DNA from: Mobula hypostoma
Lineage: Eukaryota
Assembly (NCBI RefSeq): GCF_963921235.1
Contig: NC_086097.1
Location: 158,598,001-158,662,000 of the forward strand
DNA: 64,000 nt
Reading direction: 5' to 3'
Both the position numbers and the translations under genes were made by a program. Under the pieces are notes generated by a model. It saw nothing but the letters and a program-made list of their open reading frames with translations, was not told the origin of the DNA and did not search any database. Shown in pieces: positions 47,650 through 61,500 of the stretch (within the stretch, counting starts at the first letter, position 1; each line of letters opens with the position of its first letter).

Positions 47650-48260
47650 TGATGTATAGTATGCCATCTGTTGAACACAATTGTTTACTTGCTACAGCAT
47701 AGTCCACTACAGATGTTCTAGGTCCTCTATGCATGTGGCATTACAACTGGACACCCCAGTGACCTTGCATGTTATGTACAGCAAGTATTGACACCATTTG
47801 GTGGAATGATGTGGGACATTCATGCAAAAACTGGATACAAGGTAGGTCTTGCACACTTTTGTTGACTTAAGAGAATCAACTTGACCTAGTCTATGGCTTT
47901 ATATCCCAGAATAAGACTTCCACCTTTTATTTAGCTCTTGGTTCCAAATCCCCCATCTCGTGCTACAGTTGTCCTGCATGATGTCTTGATACAAAGGGGC
48001 AACAGAATCTTGCTGCAGCAGTTAATTAAACAAAACTTTCATTGCCTTCCACCCCCTGACTCCAACATGTGATTTTTTGAAGAATAGAGAACTGTCAGAT
48101 GCAGCTTGCTGACGAAGATCATCAGATGCACACAGACATCTTGTGTAAGGAATCAATGCACCACCTCTCAAAATCCCGTCCTGGCAGAAAACAATTATTC
48201 CAAATGTGGAAGAGTCTACACTTCCCACATTGGCCTTGTTAGCCACCTTAGAGCTCTTAA
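47650..48260 (+). mobile_element. Old RTE (BovB-like) LINE 3' remnant
   Basis: 48202-48255 translates KCGRVYTSHIGLVSHLRA, the C-terminal zinc-finger-like end of BovB-type RTE ORFs. Confidence 0.6.
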
Positions 48261-48949
48261 TATAGTAAAAACAAGCCATCTGTGATCCTGAGGAGGAAGA
48301 AGAATTCAACTCTATGATATATTTACCATTGACCAATAATTATCCTTGCAGTAATGCTGGACAAAGTAGAATTAAATAAAACCTATAGAAGCTGGTCATT
48401 TACAACACATTCAGAAAATGTAGGAAGCAATGAACAGATACTGATCAGGTTTTGTGAAGATGAAACAGATTGTCCTTTGAGGTCTCAACTCTTTTTCTGA
48501 ACAAAAGAAAAAAGATTAATAGACATTTTAAGGTAATCCCAAAAAGGGAGAGTGTATAAAGAAAGAAGTAATGGTTGAATTATCTCTTGCTGTTTAAATG
48601 AAAATTAGGAGCTGCTAGCTGTCAGGTGTGACCTTTCAATCAGACAGTGAAAGAAAACATTAAAGTGAATCCAAAGCAAAAGTGAATGAATCAGAAGCAG
48701 TGAATAGTCAAGGAATAAGTTGTAGATGAGAGATATAAATGAAAGGCGTTAGAAGCCTGAAATGAAAGCAGAAAAAGGCAAAAATACATATCAGGTCAGA
48801 TAGCAAATAACAGAGGTAATCTCACAGCTCAAACTGGGGTAGAATGGAAATGCTGAAAAAAAAAGAAACATGGTTACCTTTGTGTTTTCAACCATGTTTT
48901 GAACAACAGGATCTTTCATTATCACAAAAAAGACAGGTAATTTAGAGAA

Positions 48950-49046
48950 GCACACATAAATTGCTGGAGAAACTCAGCAGGTCAGGCAGCATCTATGGAA
49001 ATTAATGAACGTTCACTATTTTGGGCCAAGACCTTTCATCAGGACC
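48950..49046 (-). mobile_element. Penelope-like 3' end remnant with degenerate hammerhead
   Basis: cacacataaattgctggagaaactcagcaggtcaggcagcatctatgg...gacctttcatcaggac. Confidence 0.7.
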
Positions 49047-49514
49047 TCCATTCAAAGAAGAAAAAGTCTGTAACCTTGGTTCTGCAAGCTTTGTTTGCTT
49101 TTTGGCATTAAGATCACGCCTTACTGACGTTTTGTCTTTAAGATCATAAGACATAGGAGCAGAATCGGGCCATTCGGCTTATCAATTCTACTCTACCATT
49201 CCATCCTGACTGATTTATTACCTCTCCAAACCCCATTCTTCTGTCTTCCCTCCATAACCTTTGATGGTAAGAATAGCATGGTGGGGTGACTGTATTGGAG
49301 ATATACTGGTGGTTTCAGGAGAGAGTTGGCTGGTTATCTTGGCCAGTATTTATCTCTCAGAAAACACCAAAAATGGATCATTTACTTGTTCTTTTATTAC
49401 TATTCATGAGACATTGCTGTCTGTAAATTGGCTGATTTATTGCCATTATTTTGAAGTTATGAAAGGTATGGTGTGAATCTAAGCTATAATATTTTCTCTT
49501 CTGAATACTCTTAT

Positions 49515-50585
49515 CAAAATTCTACAGGCGCTCTGTCAAAAGTATTCTGACTGATTGCATTGTGGTCTGGTGCAGCAACTTGAATGCATCGGAGCATAAT
49601 CTGCAGAGAGTAGTGACTCTGCCCTGTATTTCCTGGGCACATCCCTCTTTCCTCTGCACTACTAGTAGTATCACCAGGAGGTGCTGCCATCAAAATCCCA
49701 ACCATCTGAGCCATTCTTTTTTTTTTTGCAGCTGCCATTGGGCAGGAGGTGCAGAAATCTGAAGTCCCTCACCACCAGGTTCAAGACGAACTAATTTCAT
49801 TTAACCATTTGTTTCTTAATCCAACCAGCAAAACCTTGATCTCTGCAGTTTAGCAACACTGATCACTTTGCACTAAAAGGGACCTTTTGATGTTCTAGCT
49901 GTGTTCTTTCTTGCAAAAATTGTGTATAATCTATATTCAATTTGTTTTTCTTGTGAATGTTGCCTATATGATGCTATATAAGTTTTTCTTTGCACCTATG
50001 CATGCTTGTACTTGTGCATTGGACAATAAACGACTTGCGTTTTGCCTCATGTAGTAATGTTTAAAAGAAAGATTTTCATTCACTTCACACCCTAACCAAC
50101 ACTACTATTTAGTAATTAGGTGCTTTTGTGCCTGTGGTCTGAATTAAGGGATGACTGAGTAATTTCAATAATTGGGCAACCTTACAAAGTCAATGTCAAA
50201 GTCGTGTTTATTGTCATTAGCACAAGGTCATGCATGCATGAGTACAGTGAAAAATTTGTTTGCAGCAGGATCACAGGCACATAGCATGTAAGTATTAATA
50301 AGGAAAAAATCAAAAATCATACACAACTTTTGCAAGGAAGCCCCATTAGAACAAAAAAAGACAAAGGCCATTTTGTGCAAAATGATAAAAGTTGTCACAG
50401 TGTTTCGAAACTATGATGATTAGGGTTGTGTCTGTTGGTTCAAGAACTGAATGGTTGAAGGGAGTTAGATGTTCTTGAACCTAGTGGTGTGAGACTTCAG
50501 GTTACTGTACTTCCTTCGTGATGGTGGTTGCATGAAGATGATGGGGACCTTTGATGAATGTTTCCTTCTTGAAGCAGCACCTCAT
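49515..50585. mobile_element. Two Rex1/Babar 3' fragments (49515-50035 plus, 50190-50585 minus)
   Basis: 'ttctacaggcgctctgtcaaaagtattctgact' (FYRxxxESILT-like) and 'gttcttgaacctagtggtgtgagacttcagg'. Confidence 0.65.
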
Positions 50586-52134
50586 GCACTTGCAATGTTA
50601 GCAGTGCCACTGTGGCAATGTCCCAGTGCTGCTCTCAACTTTAGTCAAAGTCATTTATTATATAGGCTGAAGTGATCCCTGAATTAACTTTATAGGCATG
50701 ATAGTTAAGGGTTACAGTATTGAAGCATGTTGATTGTTAAAGATATTAATCAGCCGTGATGCAGCTGAATAACACAATAGGCACAAGGGAGAGAATATTC
50801 TGCCCCCTTGTTACTCATTGTAATATCACTGATGTAATACCCAGCCAAAAATTGGTACAACTTCCAGAAATAACAGACGATGCTGCATGTTCATGTATTT
50901 AAGAGTCACCAAGGGAGGCAAATGTTCCTCAATGCATTGAGAAATTGCTCCACACTTGGAAACTGCATTGCCAGTCTGTTTTTTTTTTGTCATTAATCTA
51001 TTTGCCCTTTGGATACTAATTTATGTACAAATCCAACTAAGTATAATTTATAATGTTTCTTGAGCGTAATAAGTTAATATTAAGTTATATTAACTCTGCA
51101 AAGCACAGTTTAAGAAACTATTTCTTTGCCTTGGATTAGCAAATGGGTAACGGGGTTGGACATCACATTCTGCTGGCAACTGATTGGGCATCAGACCGCT
51201 AATCACTTGACAACCTGAAAAAGTGGAAAGAGATAAATCTAGAGGTCTTTTGGGAAGTTATATCATCACTCTTGCCTTCTGCAGAAAAAGCAGATTTTTT
51301 CTTGTTCTCCCATAGGCCTAGCCTTATAATAGAACATAGAATAGTAGGGGCCATTTGGTACACAATGTTGTGCCAATCTGTATAAACATACTCCATCATC
51401 AGTCTTGCTCTTTTCTCCTACACAGTCCATAAACCTCCATTTTTCCTTACTGCATCCACGTGCCGTGATTTTATTTCTATGCATGGCATATTCTACCAGA
51501 TCATACAATCAAATAGGACTCTACATAAAAACTCAAGATATGCTGGCCTACAAAAAACTTCGTACATCAAGTCACACCTATCCATTACATAATTTTCTTT
51601 AGAGTTTTTCAACTTGTATATATAATTTTAACTTAACCTAGGATGTTTCCTGGCAGAAGAATAGGATGATTTGTAGGTCCTGTTCTGTATGCCATATTTT
51701 GCAATTGAATGTACATTGGGATTGGCTTTCATTTTAATGAATTAAAAGCACCAGAATTTGAAGTTTTGGAATAAAAGATATACTTGTGGATCTTTGTAAT
51801 TAGAGTTAAGACAAATGCTTCTTGACAGTAGTCAGCTTTTGCTGACTTTCAGAGATACATAATGTGGACAAAAGACTATACTTGGCTTTTCATGTCACCT
51901 TAGATAATGGATGGACTGTGTAGATTTGAGGTGAATGCATCTTGTGGGAATATATCAAAGGATGAAGAAAATAGTAATAATCCATGCAATTCTTAATCTT
52001 CCTCTGCCTCTGAAAGATTACCTGGATAGGGCTAACACACTATTTCAATGTTGACTTTGGGACCAATTACTGGTCAGTTTGGAGCATTCAGTTAATTGAG
52101 CTGCTGAAATGCTTAGAATGTAAGAAATCCTCAT

Positions 52135-52757
52135 TGAGAGGTCAGTACAAAAAAGGGTGAGCTGCTTCAAGTTCCTAGGTGTTAGCATCTGAGAGTTCTG
52201 TTCTGGGCCCAATGCATTGATGCAGTCACAAAGAAAGCACAGTGGGTATAATTAATTAGGAGTTTGAGCGGAATTGGTATGTCAGCAAAGACTCAGGCAA
52301 ATTTCAATAGATATACGTTGCAGAGCTTTCTGACTGGTTGCATCACCACCTGATATGGAAGCTCCAATGCACGGGATCTAAAGTAGCTACCGACTCAGTT
52401 AGCTCCATCACGGGCACAGTCCTCACACTGCAGACATCTTCAAAAGGCACCGCCTCAAGAAGGTGGCATCCATCATGAAGGACCCTCACCATCTGGGATA
52501 TGCCTTGTTTTCATGCCATGAGGGAGGTCGTACAGGAGCCTGAAGACCCACACAAAATGTTTTATAAACAGCTTCTACCTCTCTGCCGTCAGATTTCTGA
52601 ACAGTCCATAAGCCATAACACGACCTTCCTCTTCTTCTTTATGCTATTTATTTATCTACTTTTGTGATTTAGAGTAATTTAATGTCCTGCACTGTGCTCT
52701 TCCCACAAAACAACAAATTTCATGACATATGTCAGTCATAATAAACTGATTCTGATT
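52135..52757 (+). mobile_element. Rex1/Babar 3' fragment
   Basis: 'ttcaagttcctaggtgt' (FKFLG), 'aaggaccctcaccatc', tail 'ataaactgattctgatt'. Confidence 0.75.
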
Positions 52758-52889
52758 TTGTAGTAGTACGCTATTCAGCCCCTCATGCCTACTCTGCCAT
52801 TCCCGAAGATCATAGCTGGTATTCTTATATTGGTTCTACTTTACCAGAACTAACCCTGTCCTCTTTCCCCCCAACCCCTTCCATCAGAT

Positions 52890-55070
52890 ACAAAGTTCAA
52901 AGTAAATTGTACTATCAATATAGAGTACATATGTGTCACTCTATCCAGCCCTGAGTTTCATTTTCTTGTGGCCGTACTCAACAAATCTATAGAATAATAA
53001 CTATAACAAAATCAATGCAAGACTGCCCAACTGGGGTGTTCCACGGGAGTGCAGAAGACAGCAAACTGCAAATACAAAAAGAAGAAACAATAATAATAAT
53101 AAATAAATAAGCAATAAACATTGAGACATGAGATGAAGAGTCCTTGAAAGTGATTCCATTGGTTGTGGGAACAGTTCAATGATGAGGCAAGTTATCCCCT
53201 TTGATTCAAGTGCCTGATGTTTGAGGGGTAATAACTGTTCCTGAACCTGATGGTGCAAGTCCAGAGGCTCCTGTACCCTCTTTCTGATGGCAGCAGCAAG
53301 AAGAGAGCATGGCCTGGGTGGTGGGGGTCCCTGATAATGGATACTGCTTTCCTGCGACAAGGTAGATGTACATGTGCTCAGTGGTGGGGAGGGATTTACC
53401 CGTGATGGACTGGGCTGTATCCACTACATTTTGTAAGATTTTCTGTTCAAGTGCATTGGTATTTCTATACTCGGCTGTGATTCAACCTGTAAATATACAT
53501 TCCACGACACATCTATAGAACTTTATCCAAAGTTTTAGATGTTTTAGAGCAAAGATGTCACTGGGTCTGGAGGACCTATGTTATAAGGAAAGATTGAATA
53601 GGTTAGGACTTATTCCTTAGAACGTAGAAGATTGAGAGGAGGTTTAATAGAGGTATACAAAATTATAAGGGGTATGGATAGGTGAAATGCAAGCAGACTT
53701 TTTCCACTGAGGTTGGGTGGGACTACAACCAGAGGTCATGGGTTAGGGGTGAAATGTGAAAAGTTTAAGGGGATCATGAGGGGATCAGAGGGTCATGAGA
53801 GTGTGGAATGAGCTGCCAACACAAGTGACGCATGTGAACTGGATTTCAACACCTAAGAAAAGTTTGGATAGGTACATGAATGGTAGCGGAATAGAGGACT
53901 ATGGTTCCGGTGCAAGTCAATGGGAGTAGGCACTTTAAATGCTTCTGGCATGGACTCAATGGACCGCAGGGACTGTTTCTGTGCTGTATCTCTCTATGTG
54001 ATGCCGAATATCCGTAAACTCCTAAGGAAGTCCAGGCGCTGCCTTGCTTTATCATAATTGCACGTACGTGCTGGGCCCGGTACAGGTCCTCAGAAAGAAT
54101 ATCACCACCTAGGAATTTAAAGATCCTGACCCTCTCCACCTCTGATGCTTCGTTGAGGACTGGCTCGTGGACCTCTGTTTTCTTTGTCCTGATGTCTAAT
54201 ATCAGCTCCTCGGTCTTGGTGACATTGACTGAGAGGTTGTTGTTATAACACCACTTGGCTAGATTTTCAGTCTTCCTCATAAGCTGATTCATCACCACCT
54301 TTGATTCTGCCTAATGCAGTGGTGTCATCACTACAAACTTCGTCACACAGTTGTAAATGTAAAGCAAGTAGAGCAGGGAACTTAGCACACAAGCCTAGTT
54401 CATCCAGGGCTTCCTATTGGGAAGACTCTATACGATTTTGTGCAGACACACTTGTATACTGTTTTAATAAAGTTTAACATACTGTTTTAATAAAGTCAGT
54501 TACAACCGTGGTGTATCATTCAGATCCCTAGATGAGTCTTTGAATACATCCCAGTCCAGTGACTCAAAGCAATTCTGGAGCTGATCCTCTGCCTTCTGTG
54601 ACCACCTCTTTGTTGTCCTAATCCCTGGAGCCTTGCTCTTTAGCCTCTGCCTGTATGTAGGTAGGAGAAGGGCAGTCCGGTGATCAGATTTCCCGAAAGG
54701 CAGTCTGGGCATGGAACGGTAGGCGCTCCTTATCTTGGTATAGCAGTGGTCTTGTGTGTTGTAACTTCTGATGCTACAGGTTATATGCTGATGGTAATTG
54801 AGCAGGGTTTTCTTCAAACAAGCCTTATTGAAGTCTTCGACTATGATCTGAAATACTTTGGGATGGACTGTTTCATGTTTGGAGACGGCATCATACAGTA
54901 TCACGAGCACTTGATTATAGTCGGCTGCTCATGGTTTGTAATCTGCGGTCAGGATCACAGATGAGTGCTCCCTGGGTAAATAGAACAGAAGGCATTTGAC
55001 CGTTAAGTGTTCTAAGTTGGGGGAATGCCACTGAGAATTTATCATTAAGCACACTTCCTCCTTTTACCTT
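52890..55070 (-). mobile_element. Degraded Rex1/Babar LINE (endonuclease to 3' end) with a nested plus-strand CR1 3' fragment (about 53545-54000)
   Basis: ORF 54500-54910 (DHCYT, FGKSDH, LQNCFESLDW), ORF 53846-54298 (WCYNNNLSVNVTKT, FKFLG); CR1 'agaagattgagagga...' in between. Confidence 0.8.
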
Positions 55071-55299
55071 TCCGAATCATCAGTTCAGCCCATCTGTAAA
55101 TCAAGAAGCTTTTGGGTCTGATTGCTGTGTCTAGGATGCCCAGAGAAAAAAGGCTCTCGTTTCTCGCTGATACTTTAGTCTTGCCCTCTGGTCCTCAGCT
55201 TTGTCCTCCAGCAACTACATATTTGTCAACATGATGCTGGGTGGAGGTGGCCTCATCACTGTGCATGGCAGCCTGGTGTGAGGTCCCCTTCATTCATAC

Positions 55300-55635
55300 C
55301 AATGTTTCCATTGGTAGATGAGACTAGAACTAGGGGACATTGCCTCAAGATTCAGGGGAGAAGATTTAGGATGGAAATGAGGAGAAATTGTTTTTCCCAG
55401 AGAGTGGTGAATCTGTGGAATTCTTTGCCCGGGGAAGCAGTTGGGGCTTCTTCACTAAATATATTTAAGAAACAGTTAGATATGTTTTTACATAGTAAGG
55501 GAATTAAGGGTTGTGGGGAAAAGGCAGGTAGATGTGAGTTTACGGACAGATCAGCCATAATCTTATTGAATGGCGGGGCAGGCTCGATGGGCCAGATGGC
55601 CTACTCCTGCTCCTACTTCTTATGTTCTTGTGTTC
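55300..55635 (+). mobile_element. CR1 3' end
   Basis: TRTRGHCLKI...RRNCFSQRVVNLWNSLP; tail ttcttatgttcttgtgttctt. Confidence 0.85.
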
Positions 55636-56475
55636 TTTTAAAGGTCATACTTGTCTGGTATGCTAAGTCCTTCAGATGATCATGAATTCTGAAGATTATT
55701 ATTGCTTAGAGGGAAGTTACATGCTGCAGATCGCCATGGGAGTAATTCAAGAAAGGTATATTTGGAACAGTTGTCTGCAGCCCACAGAACATCACCAATG
55801 ATCACTGGTATCATCTTGACTCTTCTCCCCGCCCCCCGGCCCCTTACATCAGGTACAAGATACAAAAACTAAAAACATGCAACACCAAACTTAAAAGCAT
55901 CTCCTATTCCACTGTTAAAAGACCTTTGAATGGACCTCTCGGAAAGATGAACTCTTGACCGCACGATCTACTTCTTCATGGCCTTTGCACCTTATTGTCT
56001 ACCAACAATGCACTTTCTCTTTTGACTGTAACCACAACACCATATTCTGCATTCTGTTATTGCATCGTGGTTTGTATTTGTGTTTTGAAATTATCTGTAT
56101 GGATGATTTGCAAAACTACATTTTCTGAATATCTTGGTATATGTGGCAATTATAAATCAATTCCAATACCCCATGATTCTCTTAATATCCACAACTGGGT
56201 AAGTAGTTCTTTTATTGATCTGTTTACTGTTACTGAGCCAATAAGTTTTGTTTTGACAGGAGCTATAAAATTGTAATATTTTCATCTTTTTTGGGGATGA
56301 AATCTTTGAAATAATTTGCTTTGGAAATTTATATTTCTGGGCAGTCCAGTATACTCTCTGGCAAAGTGAAATCTGAAGCAGCTACCAGATGTGTGTGAAA
56401 CTAAGTGTGGTTCATTTAATTTTATACTTTAGCTAATATTCTGAAGTTTCCTGATGAATGTGAATCCAAAAGAAC

Positions 56476-56657
56476 ACATACAAAATGCTGGAGGAGCTCA
56501 ACAGGCCAGGCAACATCTATGGAAAAAAGTACACTCGACATGTTGGGCCGAAACATCGAGTGTACTTTTTTCCATAGATGCTGCCTGGCCTGCTGAGCTC
56601 CTCCAGCATTTTGTGTGTGTTGCTCAGATTTCCAGCTTCTGCAGATTTTTTCTTGTC
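56476..56657. mobile_element. Hairpin-shaped Penelope terminal insertion
   Basis: Approximate 17-bp TSD TGTGAAT(C/T)CAAA(A/G)GAAC at 56459-56475 and 56658-56674; arms about 56473-56538 and 56554-56621 are reverse complements. Confidence 0.82.
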
Positions 56658-57174
56658 TGTGAATTCAAAGGAACCCCCTCGCACTCTCCATGTGCATGCT
56701 CAGGAAATAAACACTGTTTACTTATTAATTGATCTGACGTTCTGGAAGTACTCAGCATGCCAACCAACATCTGTGAAGAGAGGAAAAGGGTTAACATTGC
56801 TGACCTTTCATCAGATTAGGGATCTTTTTAAGACTGAAGAGGTTTAAGTAGGTTATCAACAGATGCATTTTCTTCAATTTGGATAGGGGTTAGTTGTGTT
56901 TGTAATATGTGGGGCTGGAATTTTGACTGCACAAAATTGGTGTAATTCTTCCTATAGGTTCCCTATCCAGAAGTCAGTCTAATTAAGAGTGTAGAACCAC
57001 AAGAGGCTGCAGCGGCAGAAATCTGTTAAGTAAAGAAGGTGATAAGTAGAACCAGAAAAGGAAGAGATGATGGACACTTGGGGGAGGTGGACAATGCTGG
57101 GTGGCAGGGGCTCGGGTTGGGGGTGGTTGGGAGAACCTGCGTTGTGTAGAAGGAGAGATGAAAGAAGGAAGAGG

Positions 57175-57350
57175 ACATGGGGAGCAGACTGGCTGAATTT
57201 GGAAGATTTGGTGTTTATACCATTGGGTTGTAAACTACCCAAGCGGAGTATGAGGTGCTATTTTAGTTTATGGTTCACCTTCACCCTTGCAGTGTGGTCA
57301 GATAAGTCAGTGTGAAAATGGGAAAGTGAGTTGAAATGGCATGCAAATGG
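57175..57350 (-). mobile_element. Penelope GIY-YIG C-terminal remnant
   Basis: Minus strand HLILRLGSLQPNGINTKSSKF. Confidence 0.7.
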
Positions 57351-58069
57351 GAGTTTTAGAAGGCCCAGTTGTTCTGTTCTGGTGGATACAATGCTGGAGC
57401 TGAATTGAATTTTCTCCATGTTCACTGTGTAGGTTTACAAACTTTCAGCAAAGATCACAGGGCATAAGAACAGAAGACATGCTTTACATTAGTTTTCCCT
57501 TCTAATCTCACTATCGAGGTCAGTTATAGTGCCCTTTAATCTAAGCAAGATCAACTACCTCAGAGATAAAGCTTTGAATTTTCTTGGTATGTATGGCTCA
57601 GTAAATTAACTTAGTTCGTTTCCTAAAGGCAGGTTTAACAAATAACACAATCTATCACGCTGATGCTTCGTTTCTCGGTAAAATTACAGTTAAGATGGAA
57701 TGTCAACATTATGATGGGTATTTAAATATCATCAGAGCCAGTTGTGTGAGGCAATTAATCATTATGGTTGTCCAGAGACCTCTATTTCAAGTCCTGAGTA
57801 CAAGGCAAATCTTACAACATGTCTAAATGAATATTTCCGATCATGCTTAGAAATGTTAGGAGCAATTCAGCCCCTCATATCTGGCCTGCTTCTTATTTAA
57901 AAGATGGCTGATCAATACTTTAACCCTGCTTAACTGTCTTTTTGTCAGATCCTTGGATACAATTTACTGAACGTGGTCCTTATTACAAGCGCCCTACAAG
58001 CTCCAGCAATGCTGTCATAGCTTTCATTGGTCTTTTGTTGTCTCTGACACTCAGAAGCATTCAGCACTA

Positions 58070-58500
58070 ATTTAATTACCAAAGTACATAAACTGTATGT
58101 CACCACATATAGCCCTGAGAGTCATTTTCCTGTGGGCACACTCAGCAAATCTATAGAATAGTAACTATAACATGATAATTGAAAGAACAATTGGAGTGCA
58201 GAAGACAAGAAACTGTGCAAATGCAACAAAAATAAATAAAAATAAATAACGAGAGCATTAAATAACAAGATAAAGAGTTCTTAAAGTGATATCATTGGTT
58301 GTGGGAACACCTCAATGGATGGGCAAGTTAGTGTAGTTATCCCCTTTTGTTTGGGAGACTGATGGTCATGGGTTAGTAACAGTTCTTGAACGTGGTGGTG
58401 CAAATCCTGAGGCTCTTGTGCCTTCTACATGATGGCAGCAGTGAGAAAAGAGCATGGCCTGGGTGGTGAGGATCTCTGATAATGGATGCTGCCTTCCTAT
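58070..58500 (-). mobile_element. Rex1/Babar 3' fragment
   Basis: Similar to 52890-53360 (ctcagcaaatctatagaatagtaactataaca...gcatggcctgggtggtg). Confidence 0.75.
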
Positions 58501-61500
58501 GGGCTGTGTTGCTGCCTGCTATCAAATAGTGTTAGAATCAGTTCACAAAGTTGTTATGCAGTTTAACAGTGAGTGATTATCTTGGACATTTTCTTTTTAT
58601 GTTCATAAGACCCTGTTGGACATTGGTAACATTGAATACTGAAAGTCCGGTTCACTGTTCTGTTAGCAAGACTGGTGGCAGGGGAGCTGCATGGGCTTGG
58701 CGGTAGCATGGTCTAGGCCTTGTGCCACGGGGTCACCTGCTGCAGCCACCCGGGAGAGGAGATGCTGGAGGTGGTATGGTACAGCATCCATCCTGGGTTG
58801 GGTGCTTACCCCCTCCCTTTGGTGCTGCCATCTAGTGTTCGCTTGGTGGAAGACAAACTGGATTGTGTTCATCTGCAGACTGCCGCGGGCTTGTTCTTGC
58901 CAACAACATCCATGCACCATCCATCTACAGGATATGACACTCAGAGACTTATGGTATATTATATTTTGTGTGTGACAGTATGTTTACTGTATTGTGTATG
59001 TGCTGTATGTGCCTTGTGCTGTGTATGACACTTGGTTCTGTGTTTTACTCCTTGGAACGCAGTTTCGTTTGGCTGTATTCTTGGGTATTCATGTACGGTT
59101 GAATAGCAATTAAGCGTGAACTTGTCTTTTTACATCTCTGCCTATTATGAAAAAGCTGTTTCAGTTTCACAGTGTGTGTGGCAAGTCAGTTTGAGCATTG
59201 AATGTCAGTGACTGAATTTACAAAACATTCACAATAGCCCACTGATTGGGGCATTCGGTTCAGTTTGAAAGCTCAAATTGCCGCAGCAGCAACACTTCAC
59301 TGGAGAGTCAGGGTGAGGAGCAAGTTATTTCAAGATTTCCTCTGCTCATTGCTTTAAATAAAGTGTATCTAAAATGGACTGGCTTTAATTTTAAGGTATA
59401 TTCTTATTCTTGATTCGCCCACCAGACCAAATACTCTCTATATTGGCATTTTACAAAACTCTGATCAGATTGCCTTTCTTCAATCTTCACTCAAGGGGAC
59501 ATAAAAGCATTTCAAGGTTGATATCAGTGCAAAAGGTTCTTGCTGTAGTATAGCAACATCAGTATTCACAACTTGCTCCATGTGGCTGTTTTAAGGATAA
59601 GCAGTCTATGATAACAATCTGCACATTAACGTCTCCTTTGAACTTTTCACTGAGTTGTTACAGTGAAGTAAAGATAGAACAATGATGTTAAGTTCTCATG
59701 GACATTTGCTTGTTAATTAAGTTTCATACTGCCTGAGGAAATTTTAATAGTAACCGAAAATTTGTTTTATTAGTAAAATGCGTATAATTGCGAAATAATG
59801 TGATATTCTCAAAACTTCACATTTTAATGAACTTTATGATTTAATTCATTGATATAAAATTGCCCTATGCTTTTTGAACTTAATTAGCAACTTGAATTGC
59901 ATTTTACATTTGGTAGCATAGTGCACATTTCAAATCAAGCTGAATATCTACAGTTTTCTTGTACTCTGTCTCTATTTCTTCAATTTTGTACTCTTCTTCT
60001 TAGCTAGAGCAAATATTTCATGATCTAACTTCCTAAAGCCTGAAGCTGTGGAAGGAGCCAAGCATTCTGATTGTTGTAAAAAGACAAGTTAATGTCTTGA
60101 TAGATTGAGGTTGATAATATACAATGTGGAAAGACTGTGTATAATAGACTAAATGGCTTTCCTTGTTTCAAGCTGTCATATAATCTCCATTTAATTTATC
60201 ATTGCACAACCTTGGCAATCATTTCTTCCATTGCTCTTGATCTTTTACTTACGCTTTGAAGCATTTCAGAGATATCGGATAAGTTATGTACAACCTGGAG
60301 TCTTTGTTTTGCTTCAGTGACAGTGCTGGCAAACCTACAAGCGGATAAGATCTCATCACAATGTGACCTTTATTCAACTTGTGTCTTCTTTCTCTAAAAC
60401 TGAATTAAGTTGTAGTAGTTGACGTTAACCCATGTTGCACTGCTCCAGAACTGTCAGAATAGGTGTTCAGTGGGAGTCACTGCAATACAGTGACCTCACG
60501 TTCACAGTACACCAATCTTTTATTCATCCCGACCAACTCAAAGATCACTGCAGAAGAAATTCAAGACTTTTGGGGTATTATTTATTGTTCAGAATACTCA
60601 AGGGGAAGAGTAAAACCAAAAACAGAGTACAGCATCTGAGCGTGTGATTTTTCTGTGCGTGATCTCCTGACGTCTTTCAAGGAACAGTGAACTTCTGCTT
60701 GCTTAGCCTGTGACAAAATACGTAATATTACTTCATAGTGGTTGTCTTACTCATGAACTGCTGTCTCACTTTATGACTTGGTTCTGCTGAGCTATGGGCC
60801 TGACAAGGTGGACTCTCTAAAGACTGTTCAGATAATCTTGTTGAACCGGACTAAGGGCTACCACCTAGTTGGGTTTTCACCTGCACAGTTCCTTTAAAAA
60901 TGACACCAAGTCAAACTTCAATAGTAGTATTTTTTAAGGATTTGCAAAGGAAATTGATGCGTCTTGCATTAAAGCTCAACAATTGATTCAGCATAGTAAG
61001 TTCAAATGTTATCAAGCTAAAAATGTATGCAATAACTGCCAAAAGACATAGTGAAAAGGATGTAAAAGTGCTACCTAAATGCAAATGCAAGAACTTAATA
61101 AATTTGAAGTTATGCTTGTGGGAAGTATCAGGAGGATATAACTGGATCAATAATACAGAGGTCTGGATGAAATGTCTTGAAGAAGTGAGTTTTGATTCCC
61201 CCTTGACTTATTTTGAGAATTGAATTTTTGTGTCACCTTCACAGAATAAAAACATTATGGGGATAAATCTGAACTAATTGACACTCAAGGAACAAGAAAT
61301 CGCATAATTGGATAGATGGAAGATTCCTGTGCCTCATGGTTTATCAACTGCTCCAAAAAGAGCCTTGGTGCATCCCAAGGAACCTAATGGCCATCAAGTT
61401 CATTAACTTACTTTTCTCAGCAGGTTAGCTGATTCTTATGTCAGATCTAGAATCAATGATCATATCACTGAGTTGTAATTTTCATTTTAGAATATAATGG

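Noticed and set aside
48109..48115. CTGACGA hammerhead core
   Set aside because: No GAAA, stem II or cleavage triplet in register; lies in an RTE coding remnant
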